From Flavobacteriales bacterium (GTDB lineage Bacteria; Bacteroidota; Bacteroidia; CAIKAF01): a DNA stretch of 64,000 bases. The position numbers were made by a program, and so were the translations under genes. The notes under the pieces were generated by a model, which saw only the letters and a program-made list of their open reading frames with translations, was not told where the DNA came from and did not search any database. Of this stretch, positions 49,401-58,760 are shown in pieces. The DNA lies in assembly GCA_026418175.1 (NCBI GenBank), contig JAOABX010000006.1, positions 36,615 through 100,614 of the forward strand, in the 5' to 3' direction. How positions within the stretch are numbered: position 1 is the stretch's first letter; every line of letters starts with the position of its first letter.

Positions 49401-52400
49401 CATCATCTTTTTTACCTCCATTGGCTCCTGTTTGCCAAGGATTATGCTTTTGATGCGGGTTGCGGACACCTATCATCATGGTTCGAACATTGGCAATATT
49501 CGGATTACCAACCACTCTGATCCGCATACGACCAACCATTTTTTCATACGGTACATTGCTGGGTAAATTCAATGTGTTACGTTCCAGTTTAATATCCGGA
49601 AGCAATTGCAAGTCAATGTTCAATTCATTTTCCTTCGGCCAAAGTTCGCGTTTATAAACTGGGTCATCGTTAGGAATCTGGTCGTTGGGATTGGGGTCAT
49701 TCGGTTGTACGCTGGGGTCAGATGGGCGAAGGGGAAGCTCGATTTCATAGTAATTTTCAGAAGCATCCATTCCCAAACGAACAAATACGGTAAGGTCATT
49801 GCTATCCAGCGGATTATTTAACACTTGTTCTTCATGTACATACATTTTTAAATACTTGTATGCACGCATATCATATTGTGTATTTTTAAATACTCCTTTG
49901 GCTTCTCCGTCTTGCAGGTCACACACGTTAAGAACCAACGATTGCTCATTCAACTGTTGTAATTGAGGATTGGCCGGATCAATTTCACGTGTAATACCCG
50001 GAGGTAATGCATATGGAAATGGCTGTTTCCTGGTATTTTCTTCAATATTTACCGTAGTAGAATTGAACGAAGCAGAGCTAACAGTAGTAAATGCATCCGG
50101 ATCCCACATATCCGATGTATAAATACGCCAATCAGCACGAACTAATTGTAATGTGGCCAAACGAACAAATATATCATCCGGAAAGCCCTGCAACAACATC
50201 CTCATAAAACGGATGGAACGAAAATCGTTAATAGTTCCAAACTGCTCTTTATCTTCGGTGCGAATGGGAACACGGAATTGAATCCATTTTACCTGTTTGT
50301 TCTGAATTTGTCCATTGATGTTGACCGGAACTGTTGTCTGTAATATATCGCTTATAAAGTTTTTACCGATTGTATTTAGGTCATTGGGTCGTAAGCTTAC
50401 TACATATTGATAATATCCTTCTGGCTTATCTAATGTAAAATTGTTGTTTACGTCTTCTGTATTGGGCACTTGTCCATATGAGAAATTGATATTGCTGGCC
50501 GGAGAGTTGTTTTCGGGCCCAAGGAATTTTTTATACCGGGAATGAGGATAATTAAACCCAGGAATTAACGTAGCTGGCTCGTTGAAGCTGGCCGCATTGT
50601 AATGTGCAAAGTTATCTCCGGATGGGTCTGCAAAAATTGAATCATATACTGCATTGCCCGGGCCTCCAAATTTGTTTGCAACTTGCGTTAAGAATGGATT
50701 AAAATAGTTTTGTTCTGCGGTATCGCTAAGCCCATCATAACCAATATCCTGTAACGAACGGGTTTCTGGATCGTTATCAAAATTTTGGTTGATAGGCTGT
50801 AATAGCGGTGCTCTACCCCAGGCAGTATTGATAAGCGGACGATTAGGGTCAGTAGGTGTGGGCATTCCATTTTCAAAGTTCATCCTTCCGTCTTTCAGGA
50901 TGTCTTCATTCATGTTTCCAATTTGAATGATAAAATCTCCTCCCCCACCAGGCAAAGTATTTTTATTAATGGCACCAACACCATCTTCCCATTCTTTTAG
51001 TTGATTCAAATCATTATTATCAAATGGGTCCATCATCCAGAATTCTATGTAAGAAACATTTGCGGCATCCCAGTCGGTAGTTTCAACCCGACGCATCATC
51101 GAGGCAAAGTTGTCCTGCGGATTTTTCAGTACCAACTTATCAGTTACTGTCTCATCAAAATTATCTACATCATAATTATAAGGCCCTCTTTCATCTGGAT
51201 AGTAGTGCAGGTCAAGCACTAATTGCTGTGGCTGAATTCCTTGTTGTAATGGAGGCTGGTACCCCGGAAATACTTCTGTAACTTGTACTTCGCGCAGGTA
51301 ATTGTTCACCATAACAGTAGGATTATCCTTGATGGTTTGCGGTGTTAATGTATTAAAGCGATAGAACAATGGATCCATGGTAAACCAGGAAAGGCGAGCC
51401 CGATTAAAGTTATACCGCAAATCATTAAAATATTTAGCATTTGGAAAGCGGGGGTTGTCACCTTCGGGAACAGATCCAAGTTTCCACATGAATGGATTAC
51501 GGATATCAATAGGGGTTTCGGCACCTTCAAAATCATCAACATACGATACTCCATTTTCTCCATTTTGGTCAATAATGGGGTTATAGCCAGGAATAATGTG
51601 GGCAAACTCTCCATTTAATAAAACCTGTGAAGGGGCTTTTGTATTAATCCCTGGGATTTTATCCACCAGTCGCGTAATAAAGTTTGATTGGGTTGAGTAA
51701 TTTACATCAAACCCCCAAATGGTATTGTTAATGGGTTCATTTCCTACGTCAATCTTTTGAGTAAGTGGTCGTTCACGTAGGTTCATTAATGTAGCTCCTA
51801 TCTGGAAATTCTTGCTGAACTTATAGTCAATGTGAGTACCAAACAATCGTTTTTGTTGGATATTAAATGTTGCATTGTTTTCTAATGAAATATTGATAGG
51901 CAACCCAGAATTTAAAATACTTTCATTGATAATTCGTACTCTTCCGGCGGCATAATCTACGGTATAATCCACATTTTCCGTTAAGGTTTGTCCACCTGCA
52001 GTTACCGTTACTGAACCTTGAGGAACATTGAATGCGTTGAGAGAAATTTCATTGCCGGCTGCGCCCTTGTAGCTTCCTGCTATATAAAAGCGGTTCTTCT
52101 CCTGATTAAGTTCAGCCAACTGTTGTTGAACTTTGTATAATGTATCAAAAGCATATCGTTCTACATATTGATCCACATTCAGCGATGGATTTGCCTCTAA
52201 GAAAATTTCTCTCAAATATCTTCTGCTAAAAGGTTCTCTAACAGGGAAGATAATTCGTCCGTTCTGAGAGCGAATCGTTCGTCCTTCGACAAAATCAAAA
52301 AATCCATCCGGGATAAGGTCATTTTGTGGATTTAAACGGTCTAAATTAAATAGTCGCAACAAGGGCAAACCACTTAATCCAGGAACTGTGGGGAAATAAT

Positions 52401-53922
52401 TTAATTTCACCCCGGTTTCAGTATCCTGATATAGAATATTCATTACAAAGTCATCCTGGCCAATATTGTATCCACCAATAGAATAGATGTTTTTCATCAT
52501 CCAGGGCCAGTTAGGTTTAGTAACATCAAAGTTGGAAGCCTTAAGCAATTTTACCACCAATGCATTGGGTGCCTGAATATCGGTTCCAAATTCACCCACC
52601 TGATAGGTTTTTCCTCCGGCAGTATACTGATAGGCTACTGCTAATACCTCATCAGCATTAAGTGCCTGATTCAGTGAAATATACCCCAGCATTGGGTCAA
52701 ATGTGTATTCATTGGGGCCGAGCAAACGTGCATTGGCCAGTTTCTCGATTTCCAATCCGTTCTGAAGCTGGTTAAAAAGGGTTTGGCTGGTAATATCTCG
52801 GATGGAAGGTGGAAGATCCTGAGGATTAAAATTGTTAGCATTTTCAGGAAAAACATTAGCATTGGGGAGCTGTTCGCCCAAAGGCAAAATGGCCACAATA
52901 TTTCTAACATTCTCTGTAGCATTAATTCGATTAGTTACCCACACTTCGATACGGGTTATGTAAACGGGCGATGTTACAAATGGCAAAGTACGGTTGGCCT
53001 GGTCGTAAAGGTTCATGAAATAATCACCTAAAAAATAATGCCGGTTGGCCTCATAGTTAGCACATGACACCTCGTATTTGGTAATCTGTGCTCCCCCTTC
53101 AACTGTAATATTTTGCTTTTGCCCCTGCTGCTGACTAAAGACAGTTGTAATTTCCAGTTTACCAAATTTTAATTTGTTTTTCACTCCAAAAAGGGCTTGG
53201 CTTCCCTGAATCAGTGTACCGGTAAGCGGAAGATTAACATTACCAAATTCCAATAATTGTAAAATATCATCCTCCTGGCCTTCGTATTTTAAATTCATTT
53301 GGTTCTCAAAGTTGAATAGTGCTTTTGTGTTGAAATTGGCGTTCAACTGTATTTTATCTCCGATTTTGCCCAGTACATTGAGCTGGATGTTTTGGTCAAA
53401 ATTGAAGGTAGTAACTGTGCGCTGTTGTAATGGTATGTTGGGGTTTTCAGTTTTATTAACCCTCACTCCTAAAATCAATTCTGCAGTACCTTGAGGCCTG
53501 ATTTCTATTTTATTACTTCCAAATATTCCTTTGAAGAGTTCATTCTTTACATTGATTGAAGGGATCAGGCTATTTACATCGTTGCCTCCGGCACGGTTTT
53601 TTTCTTTTTCACGCCAATAATCCAAGGCGCTTTGTTGAAGCATTTTCCGACGATAATCTTCAGCAGAATAATATTCTGTACTAAGAACTATGCTTCCTAC
53701 TTTTTTAAGAATTACATACTGATTATTTTCTGCATCATACTGAACCTCTTCCACCACGTTTTGTGGATTTTGGATACCAAGATTTTCTATGTTCGTTGAA
53801 TCTGGAGCTTGAGCGATTACCGTGGATGATACAACGGTTAAAACCAATAATAAAAAGCCTAATTCGAACAACTTTCGATTCATTTCTTGAAACTTTGCCG
53901 ATAAAAACCTCATGTTCTTCAC
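46456..53922 (-). CDS. sprA: Type IX secretion system translocon SprA (Sov)
   Basis: 2488-aa ORF with a signal peptide and beta-rich sequence throughout. Its size and the ruvA-sprA-gcvH synteny match SprA of gliding Bacteroidota. The start could be 53922 or the ATG at 53883. Confidence 0.9.
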   Translation of the reverse strand: MKNMRFLSAKFQEMNRKLFELGFLLLVLTVVSSTVIAQAPDSTNIENLGIQNPQNVVEEVQYDAENNQYVILKKVGSIVLSTEYYSAEDYRRKMLQQSALDYWREKEKNRAGGNDVNSLIPSINVKNELFKGIFGSNKIEIRPQGTAELILGVRVNKTENPNIPLQQRTVTTFNFDQNIQLNVLGKIGDKIQLNANFNTKALFNFENQMNLKYEGQEDDILQLLEFGNVNLPLTGTLIQGSQALFGVKNKLKFGKLEITTVFSQQQGQKQNITVEGGAQITKYEVSCANYEANRHYFLGDYFMNLYDQANRTLPFVTSPVYITRIEVWVTNRINATENVRNIVAILPLGEQLPNANVFPENANNFNPQDLPPSIRDITSQTLFNQLQNGLEIEKLANARLLGPNEYTFDPMLGYISLNQALNADEVLAVAYQYTAGGKTYQVGEFGTDIQAPNALVVKLLKASNFDVTKPNWPWMMKNIYSIGGYNIGQDDFVMNILYQDTETGVKLNYFPTVPGLSGLPLLRLFNLDRLNPQNDLIPDGFFDFVEGRTIRSQNGRIIFPVREPFSRRYLREIFLEANPSLNVDQYVERYAFDTLYKVQQQLAELNQEKNRFYIAGSYKGAAGNEISLNAFNVPQGSVTVTAGGQTLTENVDYTVDYAAGRVRIINESILNSGLPINISLENNATFNIQQKRLFGTHIDYKFSKNFQIGATLMNLRERPLTQKIDVGNEPINNTIWGFDVNYSTQSNFITRLVDKIPGINTKAPSQVLLNGEFAHIIPGYNPIIDQNGENGVSYVDDFEGAETPIDIRNPFMWKLGSVPEGDNPRFPNAKYFNDLRYNFNRARLSWFTMDPLFYRFNTLTPQTIKDNPTVMVNNYLREVQVTEVFPGYQPPLQQGIQPQQLVLDLHYYPDERGPYNYDVDNFDETVTDKLVLKNPQDNFASMMRRVETTDWDAANVSYIEFWMMDPFDNNDLNQLKEWEDGVGAINKNTLPGGGGDFIIQIGNMNEDILKDGRMNFENGMPTPTDPNRPLINTAWGRAPLLQPINQNFDNDPETRSLQDIGYDGLSDTAEQNYFNPFLTQVANKFGGPGNAVYDSIFADPSGDNFAHYNAASFNEPATLIPGFNYPHSRYKKFLGPENNSPASNINFSYGQVPNTEDVNNNFTLDKPEGYYQYVVSLRPNDLNTIGKNFISDILQTTVPVNINGQIQNKQVKWIQFRVPIRTEDKEQFGTINDFRSIRFMRMLLQGFPDDIFVRLATLQLVRADWRIYTSDMWDPDAFTTVSSASFNSTTVNIEENTRKQPFPYALPPGITREIDPANPQLQQLNEQSLVLNVCDLQDGEAKGVFKNTQYDMRAYKYLKMYVHEEQVLNNPLDSNDLTVFVRLGMDASENYYEIELPLRPSDPSVQPNDPNPNDQIPNDDPVYKRELWPKENELNIDLQLLPDIKLERNTLNLPSNVPYEKMVGRMRIRVVGNPNIANVRTMMIGVRNPHQKHNPWQTGANGGKKDDGLPKCAQIWVNELRLTDYFESGGWAAKARAQVNLADFGQVSSALSHTTFGFGNIDQKPLQRSRNNTTTFDFTSSFELGKFFGAKSGVTVPVFFGYSSKVENPQFNPLDPDVRFTDALNALQTDGARDTLRQLSQTYITKTNFNVTNMKKNRTNNKRKPKIWDIENWDVSYSYTKETFRDTRTEYNNTTEHRGSLGYTFTPQPKSWEPFKKSKGLKSKWVKWIKDFNFSWSPKRLAFRANIQRDVNEFLLRNTTEYPLLILPTYRKNFTWVRTYEFQYSPFKSVNLTFSATNNSRIDEPEMVLDSSVAARVKFFGRNTNYQHNWDASYTLPLSKFPLTDWITASISYGGNYRWTAGNMERDTTGKFTMGRWGNTAQNSNTIKGNVQLNMTTLYNKIPWIKDLGKPNKGNQTNKKSTSNNQQQPKKEGEEDDEKKKPKYKIVNWEKAGVNFKAGKKKLIKHDLKTENITIKVFAPDGREIKGKTEVVDKKKARFIADEDVKDATIKIEGKIEKKPFRWMIIPETLAKIVTGVKNISVSYNESNGTTLPGYKAGTTLFGIDFYNPSFGPDFVMGRQFSDVDLVNNIVQNAWLIRDSSLNVLFMRTHSSNLTANATYEPFKGFRVTLTANRTFAENYQSNYRYVPSVGDFVAQNPLTTGNFTMSYMTLGTTFGGIGPNFTSRWFNNMLQNRSVISNRLALLNPNATVVNGATYQSGYGETQQDVLLYSFLSAYTGRDASTMDLNLFPVIPIPNWRVQFDGLKDISFIKKAFKNMVLTHAYSSTYGVAGYQSNYVYNDKNPQDWINNPWDQSIRDDNNNFISRFFLNSVSLVESFNPLIKVDMTMHNSVTASVEIKSSRNISLNFPNQQITENNTFEVVVGAGYIIKELKLPFRINGKQIKNNLNLRFDFGLRDNSTVIRKISPIVEQVTAGQRAVTIKAFAEYMINTSLSVRLFVDQIINNPFVANQFPTANTNAGLSVRFTLTQ

Positions 53923-53926
53923 GTTT

Positions 53927-54520
53927 CTACAAATACTTTAATGCGGTTTTTATCAATTCTTCAACACTCAAATCACGACCCTGATCGGCCTGCACTTTTT
54001 GAAGCGCTTTATCAATAGCTTGTCGGTTAAAACCTAAAGCCGTTAGTGCCAGTGTAGCTTCCTGTATTCGTCCTGAAGACCCGCCTACTATGGCAGACCA
54101 CTCTGTAGCACTTCCTTTGCCTACTTTATCCCGAAGATCTACAATAATTCGTTCTGCAGATTTTGCCCCGATTCCTTTAATTTTTTTCAATGTTAGCAAA
54201 TCTCCACTTATTATAGCTTTTTCGGTATCATGGGCAGTTAGCGAAGATAAAATCATTCTGGCAGTAGCAGCTCCTACACCGGATACACTTATTAGCAAGC
54301 GAAATACTTCCCGTTCATGTTCATCTGCAAAACCATACAACACATGGGCATCTTCACGAATACTCAGGTGAGTAAGTAACTTCACCCGGGCTTTGTCTTT
54401 TATTTGGGAATATGTATTGAGCGATATATTAGCCAAATATCCAACACCATTGCAATCTACAACGGCATATGTAGGCGTTACGCGATCAAGTTTTCCTTCC
54501 AAATAGTCAATCATAGGCAT
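53927..54520 (-). CDS. ruvA: Holliday junction DNA helicase subunit RuvA
   Basis: 197 aa. It starts MIDYLEGKL and has two helix-hairpin-helix motifs (VSGVGAATA, IKGIGAKSAERI). Confidence 0.9.
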   Translation of the reverse strand: MPMIDYLEGKLDRVTPTYAVVDCNGVGYLANISLNTYSQIKDKARVKLLTHLSIREDAHVLYGFADEHEREVFRLLISVSGVGAATARMILSSLTAHDTEKAIISGDLLTLKKIKGIGAKSAERIIVDLRDKVGKGSATEWSAIVGGSSGRIQEATLALTALGFNRQAIDKALQKVQADQGRDLSVEELIKTALKYL

Positions 54521-54779
54521 CTACTTCGAGGCATAGCAAACCATTAACAACCCGTAAACGGCCTGTAAATATACATGCAAATACCTCTTGATCAGCGTAA
54601 TTGTATATCTATACGTTTGAATTTTGGGGTTAAAAGAGGCTTCAAATATAGTCCTTTTCGTTGTTTTTACAAGTGAGAGGCATTTTTAACAATTTACGTT
54701 GCATAAGAAAAAAAATTTGTACAAAATGGCAACAGCAAATTGCACTTGTATACAATAAAGCATACTTGATTGAATTTTG

Positions 54780-54787
54780 TACGTTTG
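54780..54787 (+). promoter_or_regulatory. Bacteroidota-type -7 box (TACGTTTG) for tatD
   Basis: Exact TAnnTTTG match only 4 nt upstream of the ATG at 54792. This implies an essentially leaderless mRNA. Confidence 0.4.
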
Positions 54788-54791
54788 CCTC

Positions 54792-55592
54792 ATGATTCGG
54801 CCTGTGTTAATAGATACCCATGCTCATCTTTACGAAGATGTTTTTATTGAAGACAGGGCTGAGATGATATTACGTATGCAATCGGCCGGGGTGGCAAAAG
54901 CATTCCTACCCAATGTAGATGACACGACCATTGAGCCCCTACTGAATCTTTGTAATCGTTATCCGGAACTGTTTATTCCCATGATGGGGCTACACCCCTG
55001 TTCGGTAAAAGAGAATTGGAAATATTCGATTGCCATTATTGAGAAAGCATTATTCACTGCACCCACCCGTTATGCTGCAATTGGAGAAGTGGGTCTTGAT
55101 TATTATTGGGATAAAACATTTATTCCGATGCAACAGGAAGCCATGATTTTGCAGGCAGAATGGGCTAACGAATTAAACTTACCAGTTATATTGCATAGTC
55201 GTAACAGCATGGATGATTTAATCCTTCTGCTAAGCAGAAAAATAAAAGTCAATCGCACTGGAATTTTTCATTGTTTTACAGGGAGCCTGGAACAAGCCAA
55301 ACGTATTATTGATATGGGCTATTATTTGGGAATAGGCGGTGTTGTTACTTTTAAAAATGCTAATTTGCCTGAGGTATTAAAAGCTATTGGGCCTGAACGA
55401 TTGGTTCTGGAAACAGATGCCCCTTATCTTTCACCTACCCCCCATCGCGGCAAACGCAATGAAAGTAGTTTTATAACCTTGGTTGCAGCTAAACTGGCAG
55501 AAATATTTGAAATGCCATTTTCAAAAATTGCTGAAATCACCACTCGAAACGCACTAAAGATTTTTAATCAATCTGATTTATCTATTGAATGA
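54792..55592 (+). CDS. tatD: TatD-family metal-dependent hydrolase/DNase
   Basis: LIDTHAHL, EVGLDYYW, HCFTG and LETDAPYL motifs are present. I prefer the ATG at 54792 over the TTG at 54777. Confidence 0.85.
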   Translation: MIRPVLIDTHAHLYEDVFIEDRAEMILRMQSAGVAKAFLPNVDDTTIEPLLNLCNRYPELFIPMMGLHPCSVKENWKYSIAIIEKALFTAPTRYAAIGEVGLDYYWDKTFIPMQQEAMILQAEWANELNLPVILHSRNSMDDLILLLSRKIKVNRTGIFHCFTGSLEQAKRIIDMGYYLGIGGVVTFKNANLPEVLKAIGPERLVLETDAPYLSPTPHRGKRNESSFITLVAAKLAEIFEMPFSKIAEITTRNALKIFNQSDLSIE

Positions 55593-56623
55593 AGCAATTA
55601 GCCAACATTTTACTCATATATACCGGTGGAACCATCGGTAGTTTTGAAGATCCGGAAACTCGTAGCCTTCGGCCGCTTGATTTTGATCAGCTTAATGCAT
55701 TTATTCCGGAACTTAAAAAAATCGAAGCCGCAATTGAAGTTATAGCATTCCCCCAACCTAAAGATTCGTCAGATATTCAACCTGAAGACTGGGTTGCGCT
55801 GGTGGAAATTATAGAAAAAAATTATCAACGGTTTGATGGATTTGTTGTATTGCATGGTACCGATACCATGGCCTACACGGCCTCTGCCCTCAGTTTTATG
55901 ATTGAGAACCTGCAAAAACCTATAATCTTTACCGGATCACAATTGCCTATTGGAAAAATTAGAACCGATGGAAAAGAAAACCTTATTACTGCAATTGAAA
56001 TAGCCTCAGCAAAAAAACCTAATGGTAAACCTGTGGTGCCAGAAGTGTGTATTTATTTTGAATTTAAGTTGTATCGAGCCAACCGAACATTTAAATATAG
56101 TGCTCATCATTTTAATGCCTTTCAAAGCCCTAATTATCCATACCTAGCTGAAGCCGGTGTAAATATTATGTATAATGAAAACGCAATTATGCCGCTTCCA
56201 AAAAAAGAAACTCGTTTTTATAAAACATTAGACCCTGCATTGGCCATATTTCCTCTTTTTCCAGGATTTACTAAACAAGTAGCAGAAAATATTATTGGGC
56301 AAACTGGAATAAAAGCATTAATTTTACACACCTATGGATCAGGCAATGGCCCAATAATTTCTTGGTTCTTTGATTTGCTGAAGGAAGCAGAGAAAAAAAA
56401 CATTGTGATTCTTAACATTACTCAATGTGAACAGGGAGCTGTAGAAATGGGCCGGTATGAAACCAGCCGCATGTTTTTAGATGTTGGTGTTTGCAGCGGA
56501 CTAGATTTAACGATGGAAGCTGCCGTAACGAAATTGATGTATTTGTTAGGCCGCTATCCTGATAATTTAGTAAAAGTCAAAGAAGAAGTTCAACGTTCAC
56601 TACGGGGAGAAATGAGTAGTTAA
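55589..56623 (+). CDS. ansA: Type I L-asparaginase
   Basis: 344 aa with the active-site motifs YTGGTIGS and HGTDTM. It shares an ATGA overlap with tatD. Confidence 0.85.
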   Translation: MKQLANILLIYTGGTIGSFEDPETRSLRPLDFDQLNAFIPELKKIEAAIEVIAFPQPKDSSDIQPEDWVALVEIIEKNYQRFDGFVVLHGTDTMAYTASALSFMIENLQKPIIFTGSQLPIGKIRTDGKENLITAIEIASAKKPNGKPVVPEVCIYFEFKLYRANRTFKYSAHHFNAFQSPNYPYLAEAGVNIMYNENAIMPLPKKETRFYKTLDPALAIFPLFPGFTKQVAENIIGQTGIKALILHTYGSGNGPIISWFFDLLKEAEKKNIVILNITQCEQGAVEMGRYETSRMFLDVGVCSGLDLTMEAAVTKLMYLLGRYPDNLVKVKEEVQRSLRGEMSS

Positions 56624-56701
56624 ACATTCGTCTTAAAAAATTTGGTGTTTGTCAATTTTTTGTATTTTCGAGCCGTTTTGTATTCGGTTCTAACCAAGTT
56701 T

Positions 56702-56788
56702 GGAGAGGTGCAGGAGTGGTTGAACTGGCTACCCTGGAAAGGTAGTATACCCGCAAGGGTATCGAGGGTTCGAATCCCTCTCTCTCCG
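56702..56788 (+). tRNA. tRNA-Ser (anticodon GGA)
   Basis: I folded this by hand. The acceptor is GGAGAGG/TCTCTCC (one G-U pair), with a 3-bp D stem CAG/CTG. The anticodon stem is CTACC/GGTAG with loop CTGGAAA. A long variable arm TATACCCGCAAGGGTATC marks a type II tRNA. The T arm is GAGGG-TTCGAAT-CCCTC and the discriminator is G. CCA is not encoded. Confidence 0.9.
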
Positions 56789-56874
56789 CTTCTTCAGCTG
56801 AACCTATGCAAAACAAAAATTATTAACCTTTGAAACAGAATTTTCTAAAATCAGAACCTTCAAAAATCAAAACG

Positions 56875-57678
56875 ATGAAAAAGTTATTTGCACTGATTGC
56901 CATCTTCTGTACAGTATCAATTGGCAGCCTCACACTGACTTATGCTCAGGATTCTAAATCTACTGATTCTGTAGCCACAACAACTGAAACCCCGGCAGAG
57001 GCTCCGGCTGAAGAAGCTGCAGCACCGGTAAAAGAAGTCGGTTTCCGCCAGCAAATGAAAGACAAATTCATTGAAGGTGGTTATGAGTTCATGGTGCCCA
57101 TTTTGTTGGTATTGATTTTAGGTATAGCTCTTTCAATTGAGCGAATTATTTATCTAAACATGTCGGCCATAAACACACAGAAATTTCTTAAAAATATTGA
57201 TGATGCGCTCAGCTCTGGAGGAATTGAGGCTGCAAAAAATGTTTGTCGTGCAACCAGTGGACCTATTGCAGGTGTGTTTTTAGAAGGTTTAAATAGAGCT
57301 GATGAAGGCATTGAAATTGTTGAAAAATCTATCGTTTCATACGGTGGTGTAGAAATGAGTAAAATGGAAAAAGGTATCACGTGGTTAAACCTTTGTATTG
57401 CGCTTGCTCCAATGCTTGGGTTCTTGGGTACAGTTATCGGTATGATTTTGGCCTTCGATGCAATTGAAGCAGCCGGTGATATTTCTCCAAGTATCGTTGC
57501 TGGTGGTATGAAGGTGGCCTTGATTACAACGGTATTCGGTTTGATTGTTGCTATTATTTTACAAGTGTTTTACAACTATATTATTTCTAAAATTGACTCC
57601 TTGGTAGGAGATATGGAAGAATCATCCATCGATTTTATTGACCTTTTGGTTAAAAAAGGCATTGGTGTAAAAAAATAA
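56875..57678 (+). CDS. exbB: MotA/TolQ/ExbB proton-channel protein with an N-terminal exported extension
   Basis: It has a signal peptide, a Pro/Ala/Glu-rich linker, then a 3-TM MotA/ExbB core (LAPMLGFLGTVIGMI). I prefer the ATG at 56875 over the TTG at 56830. Confidence 0.8.
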   Translation: MKKLFALIAIFCTVSIGSLTLTYAQDSKSTDSVATTTETPAEAPAEEAAAPVKEVGFRQQMKDKFIEGGYEFMVPILLVLILGIALSIERIIYLNMSAINTQKFLKNIDDALSSGGIEAAKNVCRATSGPIAGVFLEGLNRADEGIEIVEKSIVSYGGVEMSKMEKGITWLNLCIALAPMLGFLGTVIGMILAFDAIEAAGDISPSIVAGGMKVALITTVFGLIVAIILQVFYNYIISKIDSLVGDMEESSIDFIDLLVKKGIGVKK

Positions 57679-57696
57679 TTTCGAATTATTTCAATT

Positions 57697-58152
57697 ATGA
57701 ACTTATTTAAAATAACAAACATCGGAGGAAAAATAATTGCGGGACTATTAGTCTTACTTGGATTAATAAGTTCTGTAATGATTTACTCAACCGATAAAGA
57801 TCATCTAGGCAATCAGGTTGAAATTGGATTGTCTTTAGCATATATTGGTTCCGGTCTCATCTTGGGTTTAATCCTTGTTTTTATAATTCGAGGTATTATT
57901 CTTAACCCAAAATCTGTTGTTAAATCAGCCATTTCTGTAGGGGTTTTAGTGGCTTTATTTGTTGTTTTTTATCAAATGGCTAGCGACCATGTTACCCTGG
58001 AAGGAAAATCTTTAGAAATGGTAGCCATGGTAAAAGCAATCCCTTCATCTACCATCAAACTTGTGGATGCTGGTTTGAATACACTTTACACCTTGGTCAT
58101 ACTATCTTTCGTTGCCATTATTGGAACTGAAATTTGGAAAATATTTAAATAA
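57697..58152 (+). CDS. Hypothetical 4-TM membrane protein inserted between exbB and exbD
   Basis: 151 aa with four hydrophobic segments and no recognised motif. Confidence 0.5.
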   Translation: MNLFKITNIGGKIIAGLLVLLGLISSVMIYSTDKDHLGNQVEIGLSLAYIGSGLILGLILVFIIRGIILNPKSVVKSAISVGVLVALFVVFYQMASDHVTLEGKSLEMVAMVKAIPSSTIKLVDAGLNTLYTLVILSFVAIIGTEIWKIFK

Positions 58153-58158
58153 TTTTTC

Positions 58159-58758
58159 ATGGCAAAACGTTCAGCACCCGAAATTAATACCGGCTCGATG
58201 GCAGATATTGCCTTCCTGCTTTTGGTATTTTTCCTGGTTACCACTACCATGGAGCAGGATACGGGTATTCAGCGCAAGCTTCCTGAAAAACAGCCGGAAA
58301 ATATTACTCCTCCTGAAGTTAAACGTCGTAACGTGTTTATTGTATTAGTAAACCGAAACGACGAATTACTGGTTAATGGCGAACCTGGCGATATCAATTT
58401 ACTCAAAGACAGAGTAAAAGAATTTATTCTGAACCCTCGAAACTCCGAAGATCTTCCAGAAAAAACACCCACGGTTATTGAAGGATTAGGAACGTATGAG
58501 GTTTCAAAAGGAGTAATTTCTCTTCAAAACGACCGCCTCACCTCATTTGAGAAATACATGGCTGTACAGGATGTGCTAACCCGTGCTTTTAATGAATTAC
58601 GAAACGAATTGGCTTCAGCAAAATTTGGAAAAACATTTGATGAATTGCAGGTATTAGCTAAAACAAACCCTGAATATGAGAAAAAATCTGATGCTATAAA
58701 AAAAGCAATTCCTATTTCGATTTCCGAAGCTGAACCTAAACAAACCAAAAGCAAATAA
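58159..58758 (+). CDS. exbD: ExbD/TolR biopolymer transport protein (long form)
   Basis: 199 aa. The N-terminal INTGSMADIAFLLLVFFLVTT is the ExbD/TolR TM motif with its conserved Asp. Confidence 0.8.
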   Translation: MAKRSAPEINTGSMADIAFLLLVFFLVTTTMEQDTGIQRKLPEKQPENITPPEVKRRNVFIVLVNRNDELLVNGEPGDINLLKDRVKEFILNPRNSEDLPEKTPTVIEGLGTYEVSKGVISLQNDRLTSFEKYMAVQDVLTRAFNELRNELASAKFGKTFDELQVLAKTNPEYEKKSDAIKKAIPISISEAEPKQTKSK

Positions 58759-58760
58759 TT

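Noticed and set aside
54727-54744. Sigma-54-like TGGCA...TTGCA sequence upstream of tatD
   Set aside because: The GG and GC dinucleotides are 14 nt apart, against the canonical 12. No enhancer-binding-protein gene is nearby, and an exact TAnnTTTG box sits next to the tatD start.
56642-56833. 63-aa plus-strand ORF in the ansA-exbB gap
   Set aside because: It is fully explained by the tRNA-Ser(GGA) gene at 56702..56788. The ORF merely reads through the tRNA.
56624-56874. tRNA-Ser as a possible integration hotspot for a mobile element
   Set aside because: I saw no integrase, no direct repeat of the tRNA 3' end, and no atypical genes on either side. The flanks are ansA and exbB.
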